Part shown: one piece after another, positions 49,664-61,984 of the stretch
Layout of the letters: each line of letters opens with the position of its first letter
Position numbering within the stretch: position 1 is the stretch's first letter
Assembly: GCF_037392515.1 (NCBI RefSeq)
Contig: NC_090294.1
Coordinates: 7,329,870-7,393,869 of the forward strand
From: Haliotis asinina
Lineage: Eukaryota
DNA length: 64,000 nucleotides
Direction: 5' to 3'
Position numbers and translations under genes: made by a program
Notes under the pieces: model-generated
Seen by the model: the letters and a program-made list of their open reading frames with translations, nothing else
What the model was told of the DNA's origin: nothing
Databases searched by the model: none

Positions 49664-50433
49664 TAAAGGTCACATGCAACGTAAAATACAACTATGCAGA
49701 TTCTGATACCTTTCGATATGCACTTACCGAAACAAATCTTCAAAAATGCCAATTCATTCTATGAAGGTGAACAAAACGCGATCAAAAAAGCCCGCGAAAT
49801 CAGAGTTCATACGAAACACTAAAATTTCCCCAGCGCTGTGCTGCGCTGCGCCCATAACGCATGCGCAGTGAATAGCTTCGCGGAGCTTGAAACGGAGTAT
49901 GAGGTCGTGAGCAGTAGTGTAATCTTGGTTGTGTTACACAAACAAGTAAATAATCCACTCGTTATATAAAAAAAACTTATTGATTGTGGTCTCTCACACA
50001 GAGAAAGTTCAATGTCTGGTTTATTGACACCTATATATGTCTGCCTGCCTGTCTGCTAAAGACAACATGCAATACACAGCTTCAGACATTGACCACATCC
50101 AGTTTGAACTCAACACCTATCAGGCTATACGCCATAAACAAAATAAACTTTATATGATTTTGTATGACAACGGTATATGAATCCATACGGAAACGGACGC
50201 GTCAAGTACAATAAAAGAAGTTGTTACCCAGAAAGAATATTACTTTCTTCTGACTCGCCATACTTCTAAAATGCCCATCAAACAGATCATCTTTCTGCAC
50301 ACACAATGAGCCTCCAGCGTATCAGCAAATCAACCAGCCAGTCGGAAGCCTTCGTTACACTTGAGTGCACACTTACCCGCTATGACTGGGTTCGGTCTCC
50401 CGAGGGCTTCGTTTCGGGGAAAGTAAGCCCAAC
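49664..50433 (+). mobile_element. Same TIR element family, copy 4 (intact 5' TIR ttaaaggtcacatgcaacg; internal about 350-bp deletion; 3' end truncated where it abuts a Tc1 transposase remnant)
   Basis: Collinear with copies 1-3 up to gggaaagtaagcccaac. Tc1-like coding sequence follows directly. Confidence 0.7.
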
Positions 50434-50439
50434 ATCTTC

Positions 50440-51140
50440 CGACTACACTGGCAGGACCTGTTCCCCGGGCAACCGAATCAGTTCGGCAGACAATCGGCAC
50501 TAACCATAGACCCATCTGTGCACAGACTGTTCGCCGCCGGCTGTGACGTTACAACCTGCCTTGGCGACGTTCCCATTCTCAAAGATCGACATCGACATCC
50601 ACTTCAATACGTCTCCAGTTGGCTCAACAACATCAGAGCTGGCGTCATTAGCTGTGTAGGACAGTAGTGTTTCTGTGGCCGACGGTGATGATTGGACTGG
50701 GGAAAGAGTTGATTGGGGAGGTTAAAATATCATGGTTTGGGGTGGGATTGCATTCAGTCGGAACATGGCACCCGTTGTCTTTCAGAACATTGACTCAGGT
50801 CGAGGGAATGGAGTAAACACTGCTCGAAACATTGATCAAGTGTTGTGCTACCACGCAGTGCCACATTTTGCCCGTCACCGGAATCACGTATTCCAACAGG
50901 ATAACGCCCGTGCCTACACTGCCAGGTTAACAACAAACTTCCTCCAACAGCACAAGGTCCGTACACTGTCATGAGCCCTCAGTCCGGACTTAAAGCCTAT
51001 AGACCAATTGCAAGACGAAATCCAGAGAAGGCTTAACGACAATGAACCAAGACCGACAACTGATGCACAACCCACTGCAAATTTTCACAGAGTATGGATG
51101 ACACCTCCATAACATTCATCAACCGCTTGGTACATTCCAT
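50440..51140 (+). pseudogene. Second Tc1-like transposase remnant (C-terminal two-thirds; in-frame stops and frameshifts)
   Basis: Translations read ...QTVRRRL.RYNL..RR......LTSTSIRLQLAQQHQSW..., then MVWGGIAFSRNMAPVVFQNIDSGRGNGVN...VFQQDNARAYTARLTTNFLQQHKVRTLS*ALSPDLKPIDQLQDEIQRRLNDNEPRPTT...RVWMTPP*HSSTAWYIPCTGG. These match the Tc1 motifs MVWG.I, FQQDNA..H.A, WP..SPDLNPIE, EEW..IP and SMPRR...GG.T.Y. Confidence 0.75.
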
Positions 51141-51529
51141 GTACAGGAGGTTAGTGTCAGATATCAACACAAATGGAGGGCATACGAGATGCTGAGTTGC
51201 ACTCTCTAGATCAAGGACATGCCATCATCACGTGACGCCATCACTAACCAAACGTGTTCAGTGAATGACTCTTTATCATCAAAAGAAAAAAAACTGTTCC
51301 GTAAATACGTACCATAGCTCTCCGTACATAAATCAGTTTCCATACACTATGTGTGCACGTTTCTTTTTCAGGTTCAGAGGCGCCTTAAATATATTGCATA
51401 CATCCAGACAGAGAACTTTTTTAAGCACCCACAGTATTTTTCAGTTTTTCAACACGCACCGGAGACGTCTCGTGATGACCACGACAGAGAGAAAAAACAA
51501 ACATTTCTGACCCATATGATCTTTTGTCC

Positions 51530-51815
51530 ACTACAAATGTGACCCACACACAGGTAGTAAGTGTACAGTCTGACCCACACAACGGTAGCAGGTTACAGTC
51601 TGACCCACACAGCGGTAGTAGGTGTGTAAACTGACCCACGCAGCGGTAGTAGGTGTACAGTCTGACCCACACACAGGCAGTAGGTGTACAGTCTGACCCA
51701 CACACAGGTAGTAGGTGTGAAGTCTGACCCACACAGAGCGGTAGTAGGTGTGCAGTCTGACCCAGACAGCGGTAGTAGGTGTACAGTCCGACCCAGACAA
51801 CGGTGGTGGGTGGTA
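51530..51815. repeat. About 31-bp minisatellite, about 9 units (tgacccacacacaggtagtaggtgtacagtc), immediately 3' of the Tc1 remnant
   Basis: Read directly. It produces overlapping artefactual ORFs 51421..51891, 51531..51818, 51593..51826 (all minus) and 51684..51881 (+). Confidence 0.9.
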
Positions 51816-54659
51816 CAATCAGCCATTTTGTTCTCAGGAGGTCCTCAAATTTGTACACGTGGACGAGAGTGGGGCAATTAATTTTGTACATAGAAATATT
51901 GATAAAATTACTCGTCTATAATGAATGAGTATGGTCTTTCGCCGCTTTTAGAAATATTCCAGGAATATCACAGCGGGGGATATGGGTTTGTACCCTTGTG
52001 GGCAAACGAACCCCAAATTGGTCCAGAGACTTTCTACATTTTCAACTGCTGTGGCAATCTGAACTGCCACATAGTTAAGATTTGCATGACCTGCGTTAGG
52101 TATAATTGTTTTCAGGGACTGGATGACAGACGAGTACAACACCTGTTATCACTAGCATTGTTGTGGACATAGTTTAATTGTCCGTAATTGATATCACGCT
52201 CACGTGACTGCAATAGGTACGTATCACATCAGTCGAATGACAAGGGAGTGATAGAAGATATTTAGTTCAACGGAATATTCGACTGTCTCGTTGAGGAAAG
52301 TTGGACCATGTTGCTCGTATGGGTCGCAACGGTGAGCGCCTGTGCGTGTGTCCAGTCTGTGGTCTCACAACCTGTGTCTGGCTGTCCATCTTACGGTTGC
52401 ACACCCACAGGGTCCTTCTCCCTTTTGACGCCATCGGGAATTCCAAGGTCAGGGGTCAAGGTCGTCTGGACAACACCGCTGTCAAATTCATCCGGGAGCG
52501 GAAGTCGGCTGCTCGGCTGCGTCAGTAACGACAGACATGTCGTCTGCCCGTCACAATAGTGGGTAACAAAAACTGTTTTCACTCCTTTTTGATGCATGCA
52601 AACCCATATTTGTGTGATGTATAAGAGAAAGCACGCCTCCGAGGTTTTGGTAGACGATGTAAAACTGGAGGGGGAGGGAAATCCCGAGGGGCAGAATCTG
52701 AGACTTGCGATTCTAATCTTGCTTGGGAAAACCTTTGTAATTTGAGCTTAAACCTGAACGATATTTTCAACTCATTTCAAACACTCATGAACCATTTGAA
52801 TATTGATGTTCATATAACCTTAGGAAAAGTAAAACCAGGGAAGCGGTCTTACTAACGAAAAATAAAACCTGGGAACAGGTCTTTCTGGCGAAAAAAGTAA
52901 AACTTGTCCCTCCAAAACAAAAACCTCAGATGCGGTTATTCAAGTAAAAACAAGAGATGACCTAGTATATAGTGAGAAGCACACATCAGGTTTGTATGTG
53001 TAATTCGTAACTTGTGTGCGTAGATCCGTACTAGCCACCCCGTTAATCCAACGTGAGATCTTTGAGCACAGGTCTGTCTGTTACAAGACAAGAGACCCTG
53101 CTGCCAATTCTGCTATATCACTAACACACTCGACCCCGTAAAGACCGGATTACAACTGGTCGTTAGCAACCCACGTTAGGCAACTAACGGGTCCTGATAG
53201 TCACTACACACTCGTAGTGCTCAGTATAGTGATACCATGGCAATACCTCCAGAATCTTTCCTTTACTGGCTGCTGACCAGCGTTGACGGGACAGCGAAGT
53301 ATATATTGTGATGTGGGATATTATAAGTTATCACAGCGTGTCGTGGGAAATACGGGGTTTTATCAGTCCCGAGTAAGGTTGTATCCCCCGAACCGGAGTA
53401 ACTTACAACGATAAACTGCAGTTGACTATGAAGCGAACTCTTATCTGACTATTAACTGATAGTTTGTATGTTATAATAACGTAACATTGATACTGATATC
53501 AATTACAATTATGAGTGAGATTTACCTCACAGTCCCCGAACAACATTATTTTCCCCACAGTCAAAGTCTCCCTGCAATGCTAAAGTCTTAATGGAAGCAA
53601 GTGTAGATTTTCCCAGGTTCAGGAATCTCTGCTGTCCCCAGAGCTCCTTTTCAATTCATAATAGGTTTGTTTGTTACTGTCAAAATTATATCCATTCTAC
53701 ATTGTGGGTGAAGCGATTGCTGGCAACGCATGAGGCTCCAATCCCCATATTGAGATGTGAAAAGTACCGCATTGCTAGTGTCTTCCATATTTCTGAGTAC
53801 AGTTAAATGTGCCGTTAAACCATTTTCACTAAATGGTGTTCTCAATTACAGTTGTTATGGTTTAACACAGCATGCAATGAATGTTGTTTTTTTCAATGGT
53901 GCCTTATTACAAGCAAATATGTAGACAGTTACCAAAGTGGTCTTATTTAGAGACATATATTTCACCACCAGTCGGATCTGTTCCTACGAGAGGTCACAGG
54001 TCAACTTGAAAACCCGACCCGTGCAGAGTGATCAAACATGGCGGTGTTTTGGAAACTGCTCACACAAAGCAGAAGGCTGACTAAAATCTAATCATCAGCG
54101 TAACCTCTGGATGATTTGATCAAGCTATCCCCGTATATCCAACTTTCGTGTTGGTCTCGTCTGTACTGTGTGATTTGTCTCCATTCCGTATTGCTGGGCT
54201 TTTTTCGCTATCGCTGCATATTGTTTTAGCATTAGCAAACGAGAGGGTCCGGGTCCCGATCTTAAAAACGTTCGTAACGCTACAGCATTCGTAGCCTGTG
54301 GTAAACAATGGCGTAACGACAGGTCGTAACGCTTGTGGATCGGGATCTTAATCCATAAGCGATCGTTGAGCTTTGTCATTCGTTAGTATACGATACACTA
54401 CAGAGTTACGATAGCTCTTGTTGCGAGAGTGAGTTTTACGTCACAGCTCGTTGTGATCGGGACCCAGTCATATTTAACAGAGATAAGACTGCACTTACAT
54501 TCTCTTTGCTGTGGTGCATTGTCTCTAACACCATTTAGAACACCTGGTGGCAAAATGGCTCTGCTCTGTAGTTGATTGGGCTTACCGTATAGAGGTCCCC
54601 GGCAGCTTATACAAGTCATGAAAAGTGAGGTTCCAGGTTTAGACTTTATCTTAAGCAAC

Positions 54660-54852
54660 CCGGCCATGCTTGTTGTAAGAGGCGACTTACAATATTGGAT
54701 AATCAGACTCACTAATTCGGCTGACAGATGTCATCGTTACTCAACTGCGTAGATCAATGCTTATACTGTTGATCACTGGTCTAGACTCGATTTTTTACAG
54801 ACTGCCGCCAAATAGCTGGAACATTGTAGTGCGGCATAAAACGACAAACTAA
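54660..54852 (+). mobile_element. SINE, second subfamily, diverged copy
   Basis: Reads catgcttgttgtaagaggcgact...tcaactgcgtagatcaatgcttatactgttgatcactggtctagactcgattttttacagactgccgccaaatagctggaacattgtagtgcggcataaaacgacaaactaac. Confidence 0.55.
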
Positions 54853-55212
54853 CAACCGGAAGAGGCAGCATAATTGTCCACGATGACTAAGTTGATTGTA
54901 TTATTGTACACTACACCTTTAGATGGTTGCTCGCATTATCAGCCACTGGGTGTTCTGAGGATCCTTTTATAAAGCACTACGGTGATCGTATGTCACTAAG
55001 GTATCTTTAATTCAATGTTAAAGAATGGGAGTTGCGCTTAACGTTAGTAAAGACTGCTTCTTGAAAGGGGCCCCTGGTCCAGTGTTTAACAGAAAACCAT
55101 TCTATAGCTGGAATATCCTGAACATATATATTAAACAAGTAGGAACTTCTTGGGTTGTTTGTTTCGTCATTAAAGGCCGAGCGTATTTCTATTTCCATTA
55201 ATGTCGTTTTAG

Positions 55213-55410
55213 TGGGTACGTGGGGATTGACGCAGACAACGGGAGGGTGTTGTGGAGGGACTCCACCTTGATCAACCCCTCGCTTCCTGTCATGGACATA
55301 AGTGGTGACATCATCGGCAGCGACGGCAGATACCTGACGAAGGTGGACGGTAACGGCACGGTGGAGAAGCCCGTTATTCCACTGGACCCTAGCATGACAC
55401 CAGTCTACAG
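55213..55410 (+). CDS. Candidate internal coding exon (…GYVGIDADNGRVLWRDSTLINPSLPVMDISGDIIGSDGRYLTKVDGNGTVEKPVIPLDPSMTPVY…) with PQQ/beta-propeller-like motifs
   Basis: Acceptor gtcgttttag|TGGGTAC and donor CTACAG|GTATTG bound ORF 55220..55459(+). It ends with 2 spare nt, phase-compatible with the next candidate exon at 56542. Confidence 0.35.
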
Positions 55411-56234
55411 GTATTGTAGTGACCGTGGTCGCTTCTATAGCCGAGACAAGATATGTTGAACACTTTCAGGTTAGGTGTCGATATTCGGTCCCAGTCAATC
55501 TGCATATCTCGATATATAATCTCCATAATATATTGAACACCAAAAGAAACACAACTTTGCTGGCTTTTTGTCACGTTTTATAAACTGAAGACATGAATAT
55601 GAACGCTTACTTATATGAGATTTCCTTTTTCGAAACTTGCGTTTGTTTTGCTGGTCAGTATGCCATAGACGCCCAGCCACGTGTAACGGCATGGGTCACA
55701 CCCACAATCAGACAGACCAAGAGCTGCCCTACGGCTTACAGAATTCTGGGCTATGTTCCCCGAAACCACAGACCACCAACTACTTAGTGATCTTCAGAAT
55801 TCCTAATTTTCTAGTATATTATTTGTATGCTGTCCCAAGATACGTACCAAAATAATTCGCAGACAACTGGCTGATAGTGCATTTACAGTAATTAACAGTG
55901 TAATGATTACAACGCTAAAGTTCATGACATTAGTTCTTCATGCAGTTTTCTCATGATATGTTTTTGTCTAACCGGGTGGTGTGGCTCAGCTGGAGTCAAT
56001 GTCACGCATAGTAAGTCCTGTAAATTACGTAGGGTGGTAATTTCCGTTAACCGACACGAAGAACTGACGCAGTTTTCTTTACTGCCATCGTCGCACCTTT
56101 TTGTAAACGGTTGTCTCCCTTACGCCTACCAGGCTCAGTGAATCGGGATAAAGCTTGGGTTGTTGTTTCTGATGGTGATCTCGCCTGTGAAAAATCTAGA
56201 CCTGCTGATGTAGAATTACATAATGGTTGACCAT

Positions 56235-56450
56235 GGAAAGGAATGCGAAACAGACAGACTAGGGTTTCACTCTGTCCACTTAATCCTTTCGGGCTCATCT
56301 CTGTTCCACGCACCGTCGTTATGCCGAAGACCGGGGTTCGAATCCCCATGATATGTACAATGTGTGAAGCCCATTTCTTGTGTCCCTGCTGTGTTGTTAC
56401 TTTAATATTGCTAAAAGCGGCGTAGAAACACAATCACTGATCCCTCCTCT
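56235..56450 (+). mobile_element. tRNA-derived SINE copy with canonical B-box ggggttcgaatcccc and tail ttgctaaaagcggcgtagaaacacaatcactga
   Basis: Reads ...ccgaagaccggggttcgaatccccatgatatgtacaatgtgtgaagcccatttcttgtgtccctgctgtgttgttactttaatattgctaaaagcggcgtag. Confidence 0.6.
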
Positions 56451-56541
56451 TCGCTGCCTTATTCAGGCGTGATATAAATGAAACACTATTCAACACAGCG
56501 CTGAACCCAATCCACTTACCATCCCCGATGCTCTGTTCCAG

Positions 56542-56612
56542 CATTGTGTTCGGAGAAGGGAACATCTTATTCATTGTGTCTCAGACGGGGGAACTGGTCG
56601 CCTACCTATCAA
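56542..56612 (+). CDS. Candidate internal coding exon ((S)IVFGEGNILFIVSQTGELVAYLS)
   Basis: Acceptor ctctgttccag|C and donor TATCAA|GTAAGT. Its frame equals that of ORF 56528..56752. Phases are compatible on both sides with 55213-55410 and 57760-57944. Confidence 0.35.
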
Positions 56613-57759
56613 GTAAGTTTACCTGGTCTGTCTGCGAGATACAGTTTTACACTATGTTATATATTTGTTTATGTACTTTATACAATATTGTCACTGTTTC
56701 TACATGGGATATTTGCGCAATCAATGTCTTACGTCTTGTATGTGCTATTTAACAATTACAGATGGAAAATTACTTGTTCTTGACAAAACCTTTGCTTCAT
56801 GATTTATGAAACAAATGGTAAAATTACTGCTTATCTTATGAAGAGTGATGTTAAAAAACGTATTCACAAAGGTATGTATTAAATCACATAAATTCAGGTA
56901 GGTGTACATTCTTTAACCATCGACATCGCGTTTACGGAACATGTAGCTACATAAATACACTTATACACCTTACATACAGGTGAGTGTGTATTATCCCCCT
57001 CAGTGGATATTATGCGGTTATCCCATCTGAATCCCTGAGATACATTCATGGAATGAAACAGTAAGACTAACGCTTAGGCTCCGAATATATATAATTTTGA
57101 TAGTAACAAATAATCACATTTAAATGAAAATGGAAAATCTGTGAGATTCGGTAACCTGAAGCAATCTAGACTTGCTTCATTTAGGGTTTTAGCATTGCAG
57201 GGAGGGCTAGGCAGTAGGGGAAATAATGTGGTTCGGGGACAGGGAGACAGACTCTCTGAGATATATCACACGTTCGCTGGTCACGTAGAAGACCCAGATC
57301 CAATTCCAGTTCAAGAGTACCATTTGTTAATCTAATTTAGGATTTCCTAAACGTGATATGTAATGTGATACATGTGGTTTCACCTTAGGCAAGTAAATCT
57401 GTACACAATCGTCTCCTTTCCCCCGGCCAAAAATGGGTACCCGATTGGATAAAGACTCTAATTACCTAGTGCCTCGCCTCTATTTAGGGTATTATACTGA
57501 CGAGCAAAGGAAAGTACACAGGCTGTGTATCTTCCAGTAACAAGAACTTTTGATGAAATGGAAAATGCATGTTGCAGCACGCCGCAATACACGTGCATTA
57601 TCACCAAAATGACATTGTAACAATAAAGAGCGATGTAATCTTTGCTTAATCTATATCTTTGTACCTTTATGTTTATATTTGTCGTTTATGGAATATTACC
57701 ACTGTTTCTTCATGGAATGCTATGCAATAATACATCTTATCTTATCTTACCTTATGTAG

Positions 57760-57944
57760 TTATGACCACTGCAGGTCCCTACGACACTGGAAGGTCAATG
57801 CCGTTGAATGCAGCGGTCGGTGGGCCCATATACGGAAGTCGTCATGTCACTTTGAATCGGCTCACGCGAAGTACCAATGATGTGGCCGCTGATGACGTCA
57901 CCGTCAACATCCGTTTGCGTAGCATTCCTCTTGGGGTGTTGTGA
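57760..57944 (+). CDS. Candidate terminal coding exon ((I)MTTAGPYDTGRSMPLNAAVGGPIYGSRHVTLNRLTRSTNDVAADDVTVNIRLRSIPLGVL*)
   Basis: A polypyrimidine acceptor tatcttatcttaccttatgtag|TT enters with 2 nt that complete the spare A from the previous exon. Its frame equals that of ORF 57642..57944, with stop TGA at 57942-57944. Confidence 0.3.
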
Positions 57945-58335
57945 CTCTGGGACGCCAAATTCTGCGTCGAGTATATGTCTTGCCTGTCATATTGAAACGG
58001 TTTAACATCCGAGATATGTCCTTGCAATATGGCTGTTGGAAGCACCCATTTGTGACATTCCTGTGGCCCGTTCTCGTTGCGCCGACGTCAGTCTTGGCAG
58101 TTTTTCTCGTGAGAGTTTTGTCAAGTGATTGTTCAGTCTTCACGACAAACAAGTTTGATACCCCTGTGCATAGGACAATAATCACAACTTTGAAAACATT
58201 AGTACAAAACACAAATGTTTTCGTTGCATTTTGACAAATGAAACATGATGGTTGCGTTCTATACAATCAGTGTTCTTCAATAATTTTAGAAGATAAAACG
58301 CAAATTTGGAATTACAACAACAATTACATCTGTGT

Positions 58336-58356
58336 ACTTTATTTCGCTCGTCGCTC

Positions 58357-58395
<39 letters not shown>
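58336..58395. repeat. (ATCT)n microsatellite, about 14 units
   Basis: Read directly as catctatctatctatct... Confidence 0.95.
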
Positions 58396-58400
<5 letters not shown>

Positions 58401-58639
58401 GTAATATACAGAGGTTCTGTTAACTCCTCATCGCTGGAACAGTGGTGCTAATTAGTTGTCATCTCAGTATTTTCTGACCCACATTAATTATCTGATATGG
58501 GTTATATTGTTATTATACTGGAAACCCAGTGACGTCATTATATCTCAGAAACTGAAAGTGGACGTTCGTGAACTTTTGTGACAATCATGAACACGCCAAA
58601 CTGTGTTCTGAATGTTGAACGAATGAGACAGTTTGAAAC

Positions 58640-58680
58640 CGCGCGCGCGCGCGTGCGTGCGTGCGTGTGTGTGTGTGTCT
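58640..58680. repeat. Compound (GC)n-(GCGT)n-(GT)n microsatellite; a similar (GT)n/(GC)n tract lies at 59465-59565
   Basis: Reads cgcgcgcgcgcgtgcgtgcgtgcgtgtgtgtgtgtgt. Confidence 0.9.
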
Positions 58681-59282
58681 GCAGTGTGTCCATCACGCCG
58701 TGTTGTTCTCATGTTCGTCAGATCCCCCGTCACCATGGGGTGACAAGTCAGTGAGTGGTGTTGTAAATCCACCTCCCTACACAGGAACATCGCCACATCT
58801 CGGAATCTAAATGACTGATTATCAAGATAAACATCGCCATTCCTGGGTCTGACACTTACGACCATTTCCAGGCCTCAACGAACCCCCCTCTACTCCGGCC
58901 TCCCCTCTCCCCTCCCGAACTTCCACAAACAACCCATGCAGATTATATCTTACGTGTAGAGAAGCAGCCTGTCCCTTCCACCCTTGCCGTATCTCTCCTC
59001 CCTTGTGAAAACAGTCAACACCAAAAGTAATGTGAACTGCCTAGAGTATGTTACTTTAGATCTTCATTAGAGTTTTGCCTTGTCACATCGTCCATCAAGC
59101 CGACAAACTGAACAAAACAGGATAATCTGTCTGCAATTAGATGTTTATGCCTATAGAATACGCCTCCAACGTTTGGGAGGAGGATGTACTTTTAAAGAAC
59201 ACTAGTCTCCTAGTTCCTCAACCACTTTGTTGTCTCATATGCACAGCTCGAGCTCTTAATGAAGCAAGTCTAGGTCACTCAG

Positions 59283-59402
59283 CCGAAATCCAGACTTTGT
59301 GTTACTGACATCCTCATAATGTGTGAAGACCATTTCTGGTGTCCTCCGCTGTGATATTGTTGCAATGTTGCTAAAAGCGGCGTAAAACCATACTCACTCT
59401 GG
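59283..59402 (+). mobile_element. 5'-truncated SINE copy (tgtgaagaccatttctggtgtcctccgctgtgatattgttgcaatgttgctaaaagcggcgtaaaaccatactcactc)
   Basis: Tail identity to the 32528-32768 and 56235-56450 copies. Confidence 0.55.
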
Positions 59403-60889
59403 TATGAAATCAACCGCGTTTTGAAAATGAAGAACAAGAGCATATATTGGTAATGGGGCTGGTGGCCGTTTTGTACACACACACGTTCGTTTGTGTGTGT
59501 GTGTATCTATATATGTGTGTGGATGTATGTACGCGCGCGCGCACACACACACGGAATCAAACACTGGCGCGTCGAACTTCTATCTTACAACTGACTCGAT
59601 ATTATGCCCTGTCCTTCTTCGATCGCAGTTATGCGGTTGTGCCGAGTTTTTGATAACTCGAATTATTTACGAAGGTCCCCCGATTTGGACACACCTATGT
59701 TTAACTGTACACAGCTGAGATAAAGAAAATCGTAAAATCTGCATAAAAACATCAGGTTCTTTTTGTAGTTTCTTTGTTGTTGCATGTCCTCGCAGCTTTT
59801 GTAAGTGCTGAAAGGTTCGTAACATATACACAATTGTAATATATATTTTTGTTTTCGAATTTTCCCAGACGGGATCCCCTTGGCGTCCCTGGTGCTTCGC
59901 GGAAACGTGGAGAGGTATAACGGGACATTCCACCCTATCGCCCAGCCCATCATGAAGGGAAGCCGCGCTTACATCCTCACTCAATTCCAGCCCGACCCTC
60001 AAGACGCCGCCATACCGCAAGAAAAGGTAGGGAGACCCAGTGGGTCACACTGGAGCTGCTCCAATGCTGTTCTTAAAAATGCGTCAGTGTATGAGGAGTA
60101 ATTTTATCTCTATAGCAGCAAACGACCAGGCAATGATGTACGAGGAATTGTCAAGAGGTTGTTAGCCTAACTATGTTCTCGATGTCCAAGGTTTGTAAAG
60201 TTACCACCTTATTGTGAAGGGATCATTAGCAAAGCTATATTCAAAGTTTCACATATGGGGTATGTGGTTAACGAGATATGAGTCATCACAACACATCGGT
60301 GTATAATATTTGTAAAATGATTGCAAAAAATGAAAACGATGTCATTTGATTATTCTTGGAAAATGGTATGTCTCCAGAGGATATCATATAGAATATGTTC
60401 AGAATCAGAATCGTATTGAATGTAATTCTGTCATAATCAACAGACAAAGATTGCTTCAATCAGATTTACACACTGGCTGTGTCTTAAGGACAACTCCACT
60501 ACTGTTCACAATATATCGGGAGGTTGTACTTGTGTGACCATTCAGTATTTGGCTTAATCCATTGGCATCACGTGTGAATAGTGAAAACATTAGAATAGGT
60601 TATGCTCTTAGGATAAAGTCATCTTGAAGTGGGTGGGAGTCTCCATAACAAGCCCTTTCACTATAATATATAAGTTTGAATTTAGCGGACTTCTGCCTTC
60701 CAAGACAAGAAGTCAAACAAAATGGGGATCTTGAGGCTGGTACATAGCAAACCAATTTGCTTGAAGTTGACAGATATTACGTAGAGAAATTAAACATAAA
60801 AACATAAAAGATCAGCTGCATTTACATCATTGTCATGGTGAGGGTCTCTACTTTTTGACATCCGTATAGGAGCTTATACTCATCCCCTT

Positions 60890-61170
60890 ATAAAAAATAA
60901 CAGCTTATACTCATCCCTTTATGGAATGCAACAGTTTTATACTCATTCCATTACCAGTACAACTGCGAATACTCATCCCCTTCTCACTACAACAGCTTAT
61001 ACTCATTCCGTTATCAATACAACAGCTTATAGTCACCCGATTGTCAATACAACTTTTACTCATTTCCTTCTCAATTCAACAATTTACATTCATTCCGTTA
61101 TCAATACAACAGGTTGTGTTCATTCCCTTATCAATACAACAGCTTATATTCATTCCCTGATTTCGACTAC
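60890..61170. repeat. About 33-36-bp minisatellite, about 8 diverged units (acagcttatactcattccgttatcaatacaac)
   Basis: Read directly. It produces ORFs 60921..61160 and 60926..61201 (both +). Confidence 0.85.
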
Positions 61171-61267
61171 TCCAGTCCTCTGCCCGCTTTGTATCACTTG
61201 ATGAAAATATGCTATCTCTCAAGACTTTGCTTCAGCCGCTTCCTATGTCCGTTTTCAGATTGTGAGA

Positions 61268-61984
61268 ATGCTGCGCTTATATTCTGTCGACATCCGGGTC
61301 AGTGAGTTAGAGCGCATGCGCGTGGCATGGAGCCTGAAAATTGAAACAGGGATGACTACTTTCGCTTCCGAAAACGATTCTACTGGTGGCTCTGAAAATG
61401 TGTTGCTGTATTACCTCAGCACCATCTACATCAGTTTGTCGGGGGTTGATGGTGACGCTGTGTCGACGGTGCTAGCCGTTAGAGAAGACGGCTCGAAGGG
61501 AACCGTGGTGTATACAGCTAGTTATCCCCCGTCTTATTTCGCAATCTACGATGACGTCATGTTTTGTTATGACGATGCTGTTCAGATGCCGGTCGTCTGG
61601 GTTGCTCAGCAACGGGGCTCTGTTATTTCAGCACTTGACCCAAAAACTAAGACAATGTCCATGAACGTTACTTTAAGTACCTTACTGAATGTGAAGCGCG
61701 CCAGGCTATCCTCAAAACTAATGGTACATAAAGATACAGGTGATAGGTTTGTGCTCATGTTCGCACTGAGCACTGCAAACACAACAGCCGAGAGGTACTC
61801 CCAACACCTCGTGACACTGCAAGGAGTTCTGTCTTCACGGACAGCGCCTACCGTAATGTGGAGTACTCCCTTGCCCGATTCGTTTCAGATTGAAGGCCAA
61901 ATCAGTTTTGCTAGCGGATCATATGAGACATTCGTCGCAACTGCTAGGAATACGACCGGGGTGTATGCTTTTGGCTTCCATTAA
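61268..61984 (+). CDS. Hypothetical protein-coding ORF (239 aa from first ATG; S/T/V-rich, beta-strand-like, no low-complexity repeat)
   Basis: ORF 61262..61984(+) is 240 aa, the second-longest non-repeat ORF in a window where stop-rich AT-biased DNA makes >200-codon ORFs improbable by chance. No domain was recognised by eye. It may be a single-exon gene or a 3' exon. Confidence 0.4.
   Translation: MLRLYSVDIRVSELERMRVAWSLKIETGMTTFASENDSTGGSENVLLYYLSTIYISLSGVDGDAVSTVLAVREDGSKGTVVYTASYPPSYFAIYDDVMFCYDDAVQMPVVWVAQQRGSVISALDPKTKTMSMNVTLSTLLNVKRARLSSKLMVHKDTGDRFVLMFALSTANTTAERYSQHLVTLQGVLSSRTAPTVMWSTPLPDSFQIEGQISFASGSYETFVATARNTTGVYAFGFH

Noticed and set aside
51421-51891. Overlapping 77-156-aa ORFs in several frames
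   Set aside because: Translation of a 31-bp minisatellite (CVGQTVHLLP… repeated).
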